Virus record (IMG/VR): IMGVR_UViG_3300028042_000002 | Location: 66,050-130,049 of that record | Reading direction: 5' to 3' (one strand) | Source of the DNA: a virus | Taxonomy: Duplodnaviria > Heunggongvirae > Uroviricota > Caudoviricetes | DNA length: 64,000 bases | Shown here: positions 49,181 to 59,728 of the stretch, piece by piece | Numbering within the stretch: position 1 is the stretch's first letter | Layout: each line of letters starts with the position of its first letter | Notes under the pieces: model-generated | What the model saw: the letters and a program-made list of their open reading frames with translations, nothing else | Told to the model about the DNA's origin: nothing | Database searches by the model: none | Made by a program: the position numbers and the translations under genes

Positions 49181-50407
49181 TTACAACAAATTAGTTACTT
49201 TAACTTTACGGTAATAAACATTTTGACCAGCATTTAAGTTTGTAAAAGGATTTGCAACAATGCCGTATCTAGTACGAAAGCCGATAATAGGTTGCATTGA
49301 CGCAGTGTCCATAACTTGAACTTGTTCTAAAGGACGATATGGACAATAGAACATTCCTGCATCATATTGATGTTGACCTTTATAACCAACTACATAAAAA
49401 TCAACAGTTGCATAAGGGTCAATATATACACGAACTTTACCACGATAAATACCTACAAATGTATTACCTTGTGGATCAACGTCTAAATTTGTACCTTTAG
49501 CTAAAGCTGGACTATAATCTAATGCACCTGCTAATTCTAATGCTACTGCTACATCACTAGAACAAATTAAAACATTACCTTTACCGCGTCTAGTATCAAT
49601 CCCAATTTGATTACAATCTCTATCAATTTGGAAACATAATCCCTTAACTTTTTCACCCAACCAACGTCCATCACTATCAACATCTAAATCAAATGTTCCT
49701 GCCACTGTGGTATTAGTTGCACCAGCTTTAGAAATACTGTAAATAGTACGAATAACTTCACGATTAATTTCAGAAATTAATTCATTACTTAAAATATTAG
49801 ATAATTCACTTTTAGCATCTAAACCATGTACAGCTCGTAAATCATCTTCCAATTGTTTAGAGTATGACGCACGTAATTGACGACTACCAGCAGTAACAGT
49901 AGTTCTATCAATATTAAATTTCATTTCTCGCCAAAAATCGCTACCTTCTGCCTCAGCTGTTGATAATGCTGTACCAGTAGTTTGACCCGTATTAGGATCT
50001 GTTCCAGCGTGAGTACCTTTACCCGAATATGCAGTGTCAGCTTCATTAAATAATGCTTCATCTGTAATTGCACCAGCCGCATCAACATAATCACTATGGA
50101 TACTGAAAATAGTTTGAGTAGGTGCACGCATAGGTTGAATACCACATACATCAAATGCAATTAATTTAGTTGACAATCGTCTAATTAAACTAATTAAAAC
50201 TGGGTCAGTGTATTGAATATCACCACTTCCCATATTATTAACAGGTTCACCAGCTTCTTTAAGCATTTCTTGAGTATTTTCAAGTAATTGTGCAACTACT
50301 TTCTCTTTGCCAATACTTTCAATTTTTGGCATTTTATCAGATTTTAATACACCATCCCACTTTTCAATCAATAAATCTAGTGTTGGTTTATTATCATTTG
50401 TTCCCAT
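49181..50407 (-). CDS. gp23: major capsid protein (T4 gp23-like)
   Basis: 'LIAFDVCGIQPM', 'AVHGLDA', 'YKGQHQYDAGMFYCPY' and 'GFRTRYGI' align to T4 gp23. Start reset to MGTND after an AGGAGA SD. Confidence 0.9.
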   Translation of the reverse strand: MGTNDNKPTLDLLIEKWDGVLKSDKMPKIESIGKEKVVAQLLENTQEMLKEAGEPVNNMGSGDIQYTDPVLISLIRRLSTKLIAFDVCGIQPMRAPTQTIFSIHSDYVDAAGAITDEALFNEADTAYSGKGTHAGTDPNTGQTTGTALSTAEAEGSDFWREMKFNIDRTTVTAGSRQLRASYSKQLEDDLRAVHGLDAKSELSNILSNELISEINREVIRTIYSISKAGATNTTVAGTFDLDVDSDGRWLGEKVKGLCFQIDRDCNQIGIDTRRGKGNVLICSSDVAVALELAGALDYSPALAKGTNLDVDPQGNTFVGIYRGKVRVYIDPYATVDFYVVGYKGQHQYDAGMFYCPYRPLEQVQVMDTASMQPIIGFRTRYGIVANPFTNLNAGQNVYYRKVKVTNLL

Positions 50408-50429
50408 TTTAATATCTCCTATGATATTG

Positions 50430-51137
50430 TTATACAAGTTGTTCAGCTAATTTATCCATACTAGATTTATTGCTTTCAAATAATGGTGTTTCATTATTAG
50501 CATTATGCTTTACAGTATTACCATTAAAATACTGGTCTTTAATTAATCCTAATTGAACCAAAGTTGTACTATCATCAATATAATCAATATTTTCAGATAA
50601 TCCTTTAAACTTTTCAGCTTGAGTTTCGGTTAAATTACTTTTAGAGAGGTAACTACTAATAACATTTTCTTTATGAAGATTATCAACATGTGAGTGTAAG
50701 GTTGAGTTCATTTCAATAAGTGTATTAATTTTATTTTCAAGGTTTTCAATTTTAGTATCAGCTTCACCAAGAATATCCACATATTCAGTAGGCATATCAA
50801 TATGACACTCATTGAATACATCTTTCATTTTACTGACAAATTCATTAAGTTTTTCAACTCTTAAACCATGGTCAAGTTCAACTTTATTATTTTCAATCCA
50901 TTCATTAATGGCATAATCTGAATATTGTTTAACTTTTTCATCTAATGTTTCAGATTGTTTTTCTAAAGCTTCGGAAAGGATTTCAAGGTTTTTAATTTCC
51001 AACTCTGATTGAATTGTTTTAACCTTTTCAGATAATAATTCATCTAAACCAGTAATAAATTTATCTTGTTCACTTTCAGATAATTGTACATCTTTGAAAA
51101 TAATATTCTTATCTTCATTTGTTAATAATGTGGTCAT
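50430..51137 (-). CDS. gp22: prohead core scaffold protein (gp22-like)
   Basis: Acidic coiled-coil protein between gp21 and gp23. Late promoter TATAAATA and GGAG SD upstream. N-terminus is MTTLLTN. Confidence 0.7.
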   Translation of the reverse strand: MTTLLTNEDKNIIFKDVQLSESEQDKFITGLDELLSEKVKTIQSELEIKNLEILSEALEKQSETLDEKVKQYSDYAINEWIENNKVELDHGLRVEKLNEFVSKMKDVFNECHIDMPTEYVDILGEADTKIENLENKINTLIEMNSTLHSHVDNLHKENVISSYLSKSNLTETQAEKFKGLSENIDYIDDSTTLVQLGLIKDQYFNGNTVKHNANNETPLFESNKSSMDKLAEQLV

Positions 51138-51188
51138 TTATGACAACTCCATAATTCTATTTTTATTAGTATTTATAAGTATTAAAAT

Positions 51189-51845
51189 TTATAATGTATT
51201 CTTAATACTTTGCATTAATTTATCTATTGAAACCTTTGAAAATCTGTTATATTTTACTTCATTATCAATATACTTTTTAGTAGCTTCTAATGATTGTTCA
51301 GTTAAAATACCATCGACAATAATCCATTCTTTGCCTTCCATGATTCCATTTACAAATGCTGATGGAGCTGATGGATCTTGTACAACATCCCAACATTTTA
51401 AAAAGTAATCTTCTTGGACTATATCAACATTGTTACTATTTTTTACAGTACCAACCCCGCGTGTAGAAACCCCTAATTTAATACCATCGTCAATAACTAA
51501 ATTACGAACCAGATTTCCTAATGGTGTATTAGTTAATTTACTTTTACCATAAATATCACTTTCATTAACCCATTTCAACTCTACCATTTTATGACAAATT
51601 CTTTCAGGGTTAATAGTTAGATTTTTCGGATGATTTAATTCACCTGTTGCCTGATTATCATTAATTATAATATTATATTTATTAACTTCCCGTTCCATGA
51701 TAGGCTTAGGGTACATTCTATTATTACGATTTAATACTGTTTGAGCATAAATACCTTCAATAAATACATCTTTACGATTAGTACTTTCATTTAAAGGTGA
51801 TACAGTAGATTTAATATCATTATAATTCTCTACTATTAATTTCAT
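51189..51845 (-). CDS. gp21: prohead core protease (gp21-like)
   Basis: 'IEGIYAQ..LNRN.RMYPK', 'GELNHP', 'STRGVGT' align to T4 gp21. Confidence 0.85.
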   Translation of the reverse strand: MKLIVENYNDIKSTVSPLNESTNRKDVFIEGIYAQTVLNRNNRMYPKPIMEREVNKYNIIINDNQATGELNHPKNLTINPERICHKMVELKWVNESDIYGKSKLTNTPLGNLVRNLVIDDGIKLGVSTRGVGTVKNSNNVDIVQEDYFLKCWDVVQDPSAPSAFVNGIMEGKEWIIVDGILTEQSLEATKKYIDNEVKYNRFSKVSIDKLMQSIKNTL

Positions 51846-51851
51846 TGTTTA

Positions 51852-52505
51852 TTATCCAACCATAGACTTACGTTTTTTAAGAGCTTTATTACGTTTTTTA
51901 ATCATATTCTTCAAAAATCCACTACCTTTAGCTTTCTTAGTTTTAACAGCTTTACGGATTGCTAATTTACGATTAATACGTTCTTTACCAGTAATCTGAA
52001 CACATTTACCATTAGTGAACTTAAACCCTTTTTTACATTGCATTTTAATTCTGCGTTGACCTTTGGAGTTTACTTTGATTACACGTTTAGCTTCATTAAT
52101 TTCTGCATCATCAGGTAATTCATTATTTTCATATTCAGCATTATACAAACTAATAACCATAGTAAATTTATCATCACCATGTTCATCAAATGTCATCAAA
52201 TCTTCTAATGATAGTTCTTCACCTTCATAAAAAATCATATAATCAACATAATCTTTATAGTATTCATCAAATTCAACTATTAATGATAATGTTTTAGTAT
52301 AATCAGTAGTAATTGTAATTGTATCATCTTCAATACTATATGGAATATCTTGATTTTGAATAATAGTAGCGATGTCTAATTTATCAGCATAACCTTCCGT
52401 GAAAATAGTTTTAATTACATTATCAATATGAGGCTCTACGATAGTTTCAACACTTTCATTGACAACAGTTCTGCAAATATTTAAAAGGTGTTCATCTTGT
52501 TTCAT
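51852..52505 (-). CDS. prohead core/internal-protein-like protein (acidic N-terminus, very basic C-terminus) at gp67/68 position
   Basis: Lies between gp20 and gp21. C-terminus 'KKAKGSGFLKNMIKKRNKALKKRK'. Confidence 0.4.
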   Translation of the reverse strand: MKQDEHLLNICRTVVNESVETIVEPHIDNVIKTIFTEGYADKLDIATIIQNQDIPYSIEDDTITITTDYTKTLSLIVEFDEYYKDYVDYMIFYEGEELSLEDLMTFDEHGDDKFTMVISLYNAEYENNELPDDAEINEAKRVIKVNSKGQRRIKMQCKKGFKFTNGKCVQITGKERINRKLAIRKAVKTKKAKGSGFLKNMIKKRNKALKKRKSMVG

Positions 52506-52509
52506 TTTA

Positions 52510-52830
52510 TTACTTTCCTAATTGTGGGATTAATTTTAAACTATTTTGTAAAGTATCAATCAGTTTACCTTGATTTACATCTGCATTATTAACACTTTTC
52601 ACACCTTGTACCGAACTTTTAAATGCACATTTTTCATTTAAATCTAATGTAGCAAAATCAACAGGTTTACCACTTGTTACACTAATTTCACATTTAAAAT
52701 CTTTATTAGAGTGTATAATTCTATAAGTTGATGCACCTGCTACAGATGATTGATTATCTCCACGAATTGTAGAAAATTGTGAACATGCTGATATCATAAA
52801 TAACGTTAATAATAATATAAAATATTTCAT
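52510..52830 (-). CDS. small lipoprotein encoded inside head-gene cluster
   Basis: Signal peptide with lipobox 'MISAC|S'. Conserved Cys pair. Confidence 0.5.
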   Translation of the reverse strand: MKYFILLLTLFMISACSQFSTIRGDNQSSVAGASTYRIIHSNKDFKCEISVTSGKPVDFATLDLNEKCAFKSSVQGVKSVNNADVNQGKLIDTLQNSLKLIPQLGK

Positions 52831-53456
52831 TTCATATCCACTTTATTGTTAAGTTTATTTATGATACTTTCAACACTATCATTAGGGTTCGATATAATAT
52901 TACATTCTTTACCATTGACACTTACACATAATTTAACACTTTTACCATACTTCTTAGTATTTAAAAATATCATATTAGGTTGGTCATTAATATATTGCTT
53001 CATTCCAATATCATAAAATTTTAAATTTGGTGGAGTGTAATCAACATCCATCATAGTCATCATTTCATTAATATTATTATCACCATTAATTCGGTCTAAA
53101 ACTACTCTAATATCAACAACTTTATTAACTTTAATATCTTTATCTTTATTGTTAACTTTCACGCAAAGATTATATACTCGACCATCTTTAACTGCCTTGA
53201 CAAATTTTAAACCTTTTAATTGGTTGATTATTTTCTTAAATTTATCACTTGTAATATCAATTAAAAATTTTTCATCACGACTATAAATATTAGCTTGCTT
53301 AGCATCAGATATTTTATAAAATGAAACCTTCTCTTGCATAATTTCATCAATATTTAAAGATGTTTTATAATTTTTAACTTTTTCATTAAGGTATTGTGAT
53401 ACTAACCCACTGAATTTACTAGGGTTTTTATTCTGAATATGTGTACTAAAAGTCAT
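52827..53456 (-). CDS. hypothetical head-module protein
   Basis: 209-aa ORF, coupled to the portal gene. Confidence 0.45.
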   Translation of the reverse strand: MTFSTHIQNKNPSKFSGLVSQYLNEKVKNYKTSLNIDEIMQEKVSFYKISDAKQANIYSRDEKFLIDITSDKFKKIINQLKGLKFVKAVKDGRVYNLCVKVNNKDKDIKVNKVVDIRVVLDRINGDNNINEMMTMMDVDYTPPNLKFYDIGMKQYINDQPNMIFLNTKKYGKSVKLCVSVNGKECNIISNPNDSVESIINKLNNKVDMK

Positions 53457-54999
53457 TATTAGGCTCTTCTATTTTAAATTGTGGGTTACTTTTTTCAGCT
53501 TTAATTAACTTATCTTCATGTTCAATTTCTATATCAGATTGTTTAAATATATTCCTTCGGATTGTGTCATAAGAATACAATGTTCCAATTACACCACTTT
53601 GAACGTACATTCCATATAATTCAATACGATCTTGAGCAATTTCAAGTTCTTTCAATTCTGAAAAATAATTATCTTTTAAGTATTTATAATTTATTAAATT
53701 TTCAATGCTATTCCACTCTGATAATGTGATTACATTTCTTAAAATTAATTGGGTTTTTAATAATTGGGTAAATAATGAATTAAATTTAATCCGTTTATGA
53801 ATAATAAATTTATTAAACCTTATTTCATCTCGTGAGATTTCACTACTTCTGCCAATATTAAATCCTGTACCAGTTTCAAACCGTGATAATGGTATATTTA
53901 ATGCACGATATAATTTATTTTTAAAATATTCAACATCGGTTAATTCTCCTAAAGCATCGCCACTTGGCAATGTTGAAACCTCTGTTCCACGTCCACCTTC
54001 TCGTCTAGGTAGCCAATAATCTTCTAATAATGATTGAAATTTAGACCTATTTTTAATTGCACCCGTATTAACATCATAACTAATATTAGATTTAAATTTA
54101 TCCATTACAGATTTAATGTATTGGTCAGCTTTACCGCTTTGCATTGAACCTACATCAACATAAAATATTCTACGTTCAGGTGCGCGTGAAACTCGATAAA
54201 TAATGATACTATCTTCCATCATTTTTAAATTATTATAAGGTTTAATTACTTTATATAATTCTGATAAATTCATATTACCATCGGGTGATAATAATCCACT
54301 CGTAACGTATGTTATTAATGATTTAGGAATTTTTAAAGTATGTGAATTTCCTTGCCTATAATTAGAATTTGTAATACCCTTACTTGAATATATATAATAT
54401 TCCTTGACATCCTTAACATTATACAAATCTAATTCAATATTTTTATTACTTTTATTAGATTTTATTTCCCTTACAGATAATATATTAAGTGGATTTACTT
54501 TAACCAATTTAATAATACCATTTTTAATATTTTTACTATCTATAACACTATGATACACCAACTTACCATCAACATACCATCTTTTAAATATTTCATTACC
54601 ATTCTGATTGAAATTTAATAATTTTAAAATTGTATCAAATTCTACTATTATTTTATCTTTAATATTATCACTAAGAGTTTCAATCTTATCTAAATTCAAT
54701 TCAACTAAATTATTATCCGAACTATCCATGATAATGGCTTCATTTGTAATTTCCTTTACTGCAATATCAATATCATGGTTTAACATCATATTTCGATAAG
54801 TATTAATTAATCCACTTTCATCTTTTGGAAGTTCATCTAAATCTATACTATAATCATTATAAAAGCTATTATTTCCACCATTATCAACAATCAATTCATG
54901 ACTATCATCTTCGGCGGATGGTGGTATAAAAGTTTCACCTTTTTCATCTTCAACTTTGAATATTTTGAATACATTGTTAAATATTTGAGATAATTCCAT
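53446..54999 (-). CDS. gp20: portal vertex protein (gp20-like)
   Basis: 'FKRWYVDGKLVYHSVID' and 'IIYRVSRAPERRIFYVDVG', 'DYWLPRREGGRGTEV' align to T4 gp20. Confidence 0.9.
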   Translation of the reverse strand: MELSQIFNNVFKIFKVEDEKGETFIPPSAEDDSHELIVDNGGNNSFYNDYSIDLDELPKDESGLINTYRNMMLNHDIDIAVKEITNEAIIMDSSDNNLVELNLDKIETLSDNIKDKIIVEFDTILKLLNFNQNGNEIFKRWYVDGKLVYHSVIDSKNIKNGIIKLVKVNPLNILSVREIKSNKSNKNIELDLYNVKDVKEYYIYSSKGITNSNYRQGNSHTLKIPKSLITYVTSGLLSPDGNMNLSELYKVIKPYNNLKMMEDSIIIYRVSRAPERRIFYVDVGSMQSGKADQYIKSVMDKFKSNISYDVNTGAIKNRSKFQSLLEDYWLPRREGGRGTEVSTLPSGDALGELTDVEYFKNKLYRALNIPLSRFETGTGFNIGRSSEISRDEIRFNKFIIHKRIKFNSLFTQLLKTQLILRNVITLSEWNSIENLINYKYLKDNYFSELKELEIAQDRIELYGMYVQSGVIGTLYSYDTIRRNIFKQSDIEIEHEDKLIKAEKSNPQFKIEEPNNDF

Positions 55000-55031
55000 A
55001 AATTTGGTTAGATTGTTGTTATATTTGTATA

Positions 55032-55039
55032 TATTTATA
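55032..55039 (-). promoter_or_regulatory. T4-late-type promoter TATAAATA for portal operon
   Basis: Reverse complement tatttata lies 33 nt upstream of the gp20 start. Confidence 0.4.
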
Positions 55040-55089
55040 AAATATTCTTATATAATTAGACTTTAATAATATTAAATATAGGTGAAACT

Positions 55090-55791
55090 GTGCAAGAAAT
55101 AATAAATATGACAATGAAAATGATAATGAGACATGAAAAATTAACATCATTTTTAACAGAACTTAATCTTCATGACAGTTATAATATATTAATTGTTGAT
55201 GAAAATGGTGATGCTTTGGTACATGAGACTAATTTAATACGTGAATTTTCTGCCATTAACACAAAACGTAAAAATATGCTAGATAAAATTAAAAAAGAAT
55301 ATTATGATTATTTTACAGTATTAGATTATGTAAAATTGTTACATGGTAATAGCGATGATTATGCTAATACACATAATAAATTTTATTATGACATCGAATA
55401 TAATTATCAATTTTCACCTGATTTATTTACAGATGCCAATCAAGAACGTTTTATTATTATCGAAACTACTCATAATGACAGTCATAAAACATTAAATACT
55501 ATTCATCGTGTTGATGATGATTGTGAATTATTGGGATATGGTAGATATGTAACAATCAGCGTTAAATTATATTATGATGATAATGCAGAATATGAATGTT
55601 TACGATTTTATGTAACCAGTGCAGATGATTTAAATATGAGTTTCAATTATAATGTTACCACTTTGGATGAATATAATAAAATGTATTTAGAATGCGTAAA
55701 ATATTTAAGAAATGTTAAAGATTTGCCATCTATTACAGAATTTGAAAAATATTGGAGGGTTTTAAATGTTGTAGAATTTGATTATAATTAA
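55090..55791 (+). CDS. hypothetical protein
   Basis: 233-aa ORF. Confidence 0.45.
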   Translation: MQEIINMTMKMIMRHEKLTSFLTELNLHDSYNILIVDENGDALVHETNLIREFSAINTKRKNMLDKIKKEYYDYFTVLDYVKLLHGNSDDYANTHNKFYYDIEYNYQFSPDLFTDANQERFIIIETTHNDSHKTLNTIHRVDDDCELLGYGRYVTISVKLYYDDNAEYECLRFYVTSADDLNMSFNYNVTTLDEYNKMYLECVKYLRNVKDLPSITEFEKYWRVLNVVEFDYN

Positions 55792-55880
55792 AGTAAATCT
55801 TGACAACATTTAAAATTTGATTATACTTAGCTACATGTTGAGTATGTTACTTAACTTAAATTCAATTAGGAATTAAAATT

Positions 55881-56543
55881 ATGTTAAAAAATATCACAAT
55901 CAATAAAATCAATCGTAAATATGCTAAAATCACTATCTCAAATGGTTTTGAATGTAAATTAATCGTAGATGATGCAGTTAAAAGGTTGGGAACTGGTACA
56001 TTTGATTTGGATATCAAAGATGTTTCAATTAAAACTAAATATGGCACAAATTGTATTTATGAATTGGTTAGTAATGGTGAAATTAATGAAAATAATATAG
56101 TTTTTCTTAAATCTGATTATTATAATCAAAATTTAGTTAATGAATGTCATAAATTAGGTGGACGTTATGATAGTACAACTAAAGTATGGGATTTTCCATC
56201 ATATATTGAAGATAAAGTCGAAGAATTGGATTATATTTATAATAGTCCATTAAAACCTTATCAAATTACTGTAAATTATAAATTTTATGAATACAATCAA
56301 CCAATTGAAATTATGGGATTTACTATTGCAACTGCTTATGATAGAGATGGTGGGGCTAAAGTAAATAATGATGAAATGTTAAGAATTTCAGTATTGCAAG
56401 GCGGATTTACAAGTGGTGGAAGTCATAAAAATTGGAAAACAGTTGCTAAAGAAGGTACAATAATCAGATTATATTTACCATCTAAATTAGTTGAAGAATT
56501 TGGAAATTTTGATGATGATGTTTATAAAATTGAGGAAGTTTAA
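55881..56543 (+). CDS. hypothetical protein
   Basis: 220-aa ORF. Confidence 0.45.
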   Translation: MLKNITINKINRKYAKITISNGFECKLIVDDAVKRLGTGTFDLDIKDVSIKTKYGTNCIYELVSNGEINENNIVFLKSDYYNQNLVNECHKLGGRYDSTTKVWDFPSYIEDKVEELDYIYNSPLKPYQITVNYKFYEYNQPIEIMGFTIATAYDRDGGAKVNNDEMLRISVLQGGFTSGGSHKNWKTVAKEGTIIRLYLPSKLVEEFGNFDDDVYKIEEV

Positions 56544-56545
56544 TA

Positions 56546-56734
56546 ATGAAAATTATCAATAATGGTGAAATTAAACCAAAATATCTGTACGAAGGAAAAT
56601 GTAATGAATGTGGATTTCATGCTCATTTAACTGAAAATGAATGTGTTAGGAATTATACACAAGATAAAGTATTTACAGGGTTGTCTATCGATTGTCCAAC
56701 ATGTAAGAACTTTATCAATGTGAATCCACTTTAA
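56546..56734 (+). CDS. zinc-ribbon protein
   Basis: 'CNECG...CPTC'. Confidence 0.4.
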   Translation: MKIINNGEIKPKYLYEGKCNECGFHAHLTENECVRNYTQDKVFTGLSIDCPTCKNFINVNPL

Positions 56735-56744
56735 TTAATAATGA

Positions 56745-56775
56745 AAAAGGTTATCTAAATTGATAACCTTTTTTA
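56745..56775 (+). terminator. rho-independent terminator
   Basis: aaaaggttatc-loop-gataacctttttt. Confidence 0.6.
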
Positions 56776-56798
56776 ATGCTTAAATTATATTATTATAT

Positions 56799-57320
56799 CT
56801 ATTCTGAAATAGTATCACTAAACCAATAATTATATTCAAATGTTACTTGAAATTCTTCAACTGTATCATTTTCTGCGTATCCTAAGCTAATCTCACCAAC
56901 TTCTGTAGGAAAAGCATTTTTAATGGTATAAGTATATAAAACTTTTCCACCATCTCTATCAAGTTGTTCAACTATAATATCACTATAGTAATCATTGGGA
57001 TTTGTTGACCCTACATTACTTTCATGAGTATTCATCAATGCTGACCAACGTTCAAAAGATGACTTACTTACAAAATCTGTATCTTCATAAATTGTAACTG
57101 TCCATGGTTCAAAAGTTTTATCACCCGCAATTTTAATCTTACGTCCCATATATGATACATCTGCTACACCCATTGTTGAAGGTGGTAATGATGCGGCTTT
57201 ACACATAAATGATGTTTTTTGAGGATTATCCATAAATTTCGTAAATGAAATACGGTATAAATTTGGTCTAGCTCCGCCACCTTGGAAATTTGCAATAAAT
57301 TCATTAATTCCTATTGCCAT
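56799..57320 (-). CDS. gp19: tail tube protein (gp19-like)
   Basis: 'ARPNLYRISF', 'KIKIAGDKTFEPWTVTIYED', 'FPTEVGEISLGY' align to T4 gp19. Confidence 0.85.
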   Translation of the reverse strand: MAIGINEFIANFQGGGARPNLYRISFTKFMDNPQKTSFMCKAASLPPSTMGVADVSYMGRKIKIAGDKTFEPWTVTIYEDTDFVSKSSFERWSALMNTHESNVGSTNPNDYYSDIIVEQLDRDGGKVLYTYTIKNAFPTEVGEISLGYAENDTVEEFQVTFEYNYWFSDTISE

Positions 57321-57353
57321 TTTGTATTACTCCTAGTTTATATTAATATAAGT

Positions 57354-59582
57354 TTAAATATTTTCTGACAATACGCCAATTACTTCACTAAATTCAACAT
57401 TGCCACCAACTGCCACAAAATTTAATTGAATATAATTAATTGAATAAACTGGTTTGATGTAAATATCACAAATAAATTCTGAATTTTGGATAACTTGTGG
57501 AGTGTTATTACTTTCATCACAAACCACTTTAAAATCACTAATTCCACGTCTACCTTGAACAGTGCGTAAAAATGGTTCAACTTGTGATACAAAAGATTGG
57601 CGAGTAAATCTATCATTAAATTCAAATAATTTATATTTAGCTGACTTTGCAATACTCTTTTCTAAAGTAATGAATAATCGTCTAATATTCAACTTTTGGA
57701 ATGCTGATGGACGAGCTAATAAAGTTTTATCACCAAGTAAAATTACGCCTTCACCAACTTCACTAATAATTGGATTGATACCATTTTTATAAAGGTTATC
57801 ACGTTGTCCTTTATTTGGATTATATGCCAATTTTACAACGTTTTTAATTTGCCCACGCTCATAACCAGCGGGAGACCACCAAGTATCACGATTAAAATCA
57901 GTATAAGCACATTTTCCAGCGACATCAGCATTTAATGGTAACCAGCGATATTTATCATTATATTTATCATATTGATATTTCCAATTGCAATCCATAAAAG
58001 CGTAACTTGATGAAATATTCACATCTTGTCTAGTGTTAATTACATTTGCATTAGCATTAACATCATTAATACCAACAATATCACTATATTTAGGTGAATA
58101 AAACATGACACAATCTTTACGAACTGTTGCAATATTATCATTTACATATTTAACAATAGTTTTAAAAGTGTTAACGGTTGCACCTTCACCAGCATCACCT
58201 ACAATTAATAATGATACGTCAACTACTTCACTATTTACAAATAAATCCCATCCACGAGTTAATTCATCTTCACCAACTGTTGCACTATTAATACCACCTG
58301 ATAAAGTTTTATCAAAGGTTGCGGATAATGATTTAAAATTTTGACCACTGGCAATTGTATTCCAAGGGTCATCAAAATTAGCATCAACTACAATTACAGT
58401 ACTTGCTAATGCTTGAGTACCATTGGCAGGTGCATCAATAGTAATTACAGTTGTTGCAGTAATATAATTTTGACCACTTGAACCGACTGCAACACTTTCA
58501 ACACTTTTACTAATTGTGGATGTTGCTGTAGCATCGCCATTACCCGAACCAGTTGTATCAATATTAGCAGTTGAATATCCTGTGCCAGCATTTGTAACAG
58601 TAATAGTATCAATTACTCCACCAGTTACCGAACCTACAGCCGCACTTGCACCATTTCCATCACCAATAATTACAATTAAATCACCAAGGGTGTAACCTGT
58701 ACCACCATCTGTAACAATAATACTATCAATAATACCAGTGGATGATAATGTTGCTGTCGCTGATGCAAGAGTTCCATCACCAGTAATTACCACATTTGGT
58801 ACACTTGTATAACCATCACCACCATTATCAACAGTAATATTAGTAATTGAACCACCTACAGCATAATCACCACTTTCAGGGTCAGTTAAATACCATACAT
58901 AATCTGATTGATTATTAATTACAGTTCCATAAAAGTTAGGAGTACCGTCTAATTCTTTACCATCCTTAGCTTTTGATAAATATGCAAACCGTTCTAATAC
59001 TGTATCAGGAATACCCGTAAATAATCCTAATTTATCCACAATTACAACATGAATTTCATCATTAGAACCATTTACACTTTTAACATATTCTGAACTACTA
59101 GGCGCACCATCAAATAAGTTTTCATAACTTTTATAATTAGGATTAGTTCCCCATGTTGCACTATCAATTAAGATAATTTCTAATGAATTACCTAAATTAC
59201 TTGGATATTTTGAGGCAAATATAGCAGTATTGCCAGCCGATGTACCAATAATTTGACTATGTGAAGTTTCATTTTTAATTAGTAAACCAGTTCCATCTAC
59301 TGTAGCATTTTTAGCCACCGTATCATCAACTACCCTAACTACATTGATATTATTTGAATAATCTAAAAAGTTTGATACGCTGAACCAGTCTCTATAATTT
59401 ACATCATTAGGTTTACCAAGTTTAAACTCTAATTGACTTTTATTATTAAGGTTGATATATTCTTCTACAGCTCCCCATTCAAATTGACCTACAAACGCTG
59501 CACCAGTTGTGGCTACATTTTGAATAAATCCACTAAAATCAAATTCACGAGTTACTACACCTGCTGAAAGTTGAAATCCCAT
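57354..59582 (-). CDS. gp18: tail sheath protein (gp18-like) with Gly-rich repeat insertion
   Basis: N- and C-terminal sheath domains. Central 'NGGxGY' repeat insertion. 742 aa. Confidence 0.8.
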   Translation of the reverse strand: MGFQLSAGVVTREFDFSGFIQNVATTGAAFVGQFEWGAVEEYINLNNKSQLEFKLGKPNDVNYRDWFSVSNFLDYSNNINVVRVVDDTVAKNATVDGTGLLIKNETSHSQIIGTSAGNTAIFASKYPSNLGNSLEIILIDSATWGTNPNYKSYENLFDGAPSSSEYVKSVNGSNDEIHVVIVDKLGLFTGIPDTVLERFAYLSKAKDGKELDGTPNFYGTVINNQSDYVWYLTDPESGDYAVGGSITNITVDNGGDGYTSVPNVVITGDGTLASATATLSSTGIIDSIIVTDGGTGYTLGDLIVIIGDGNGASAAVGSVTGGVIDTITVTNAGTGYSTANIDTTGSGNGDATATSTISKSVESVAVGSSGQNYITATTVITIDAPANGTQALASTVIVVDANFDDPWNTIASGQNFKSLSATFDKTLSGGINSATVGEDELTRGWDLFVNSEVVDVSLLIVGDAGEGATVNTFKTIVKYVNDNIATVRKDCVMFYSPKYSDIVGINDVNANANVINTRQDVNISSSYAFMDCNWKYQYDKYNDKYRWLPLNADVAGKCAYTDFNRDTWWSPAGYERGQIKNVVKLAYNPNKGQRDNLYKNGINPIISEVGEGVILLGDKTLLARPSAFQKLNIRRLFITLEKSIAKSAKYKLFEFNDRFTRQSFVSQVEPFLRTVQGRRGISDFKVVCDESNNTPQVIQNSEFICDIYIKPVYSINYIQLNFVAVGGNVEFSEVIGVLSENI

Positions 59583-59622
59583 CTTTTATACTCCATAAAA
59601 AATATTAATTAATTTTTAATAG

Positions 59623-59630
59623 TATTTATA
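59623..59630 (-). promoter_or_regulatory. T4-late-type promoter TATAAATA for gp18
   Basis: Reverse complement tatttata. GGAG SD precedes the ATG. Confidence 0.5.
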
Positions 59631-59663
59631 AATTAGGGAATTATAATAAATTTTAGACAATAA

Positions 59664-59700
59664 AAAACCACTCTAATAATATTAACTAGAGTGGTTGCTA
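59664..59700 (-). terminator. rho-independent terminator (minus strand)
   Basis: aaccactct-loop-agagtggtt, with ttttttatt on the minus strand. Confidence 0.55.
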
Positions 59701-59728
59701 ATAGGTTTTATCTATTAGTCAGTGTAAG

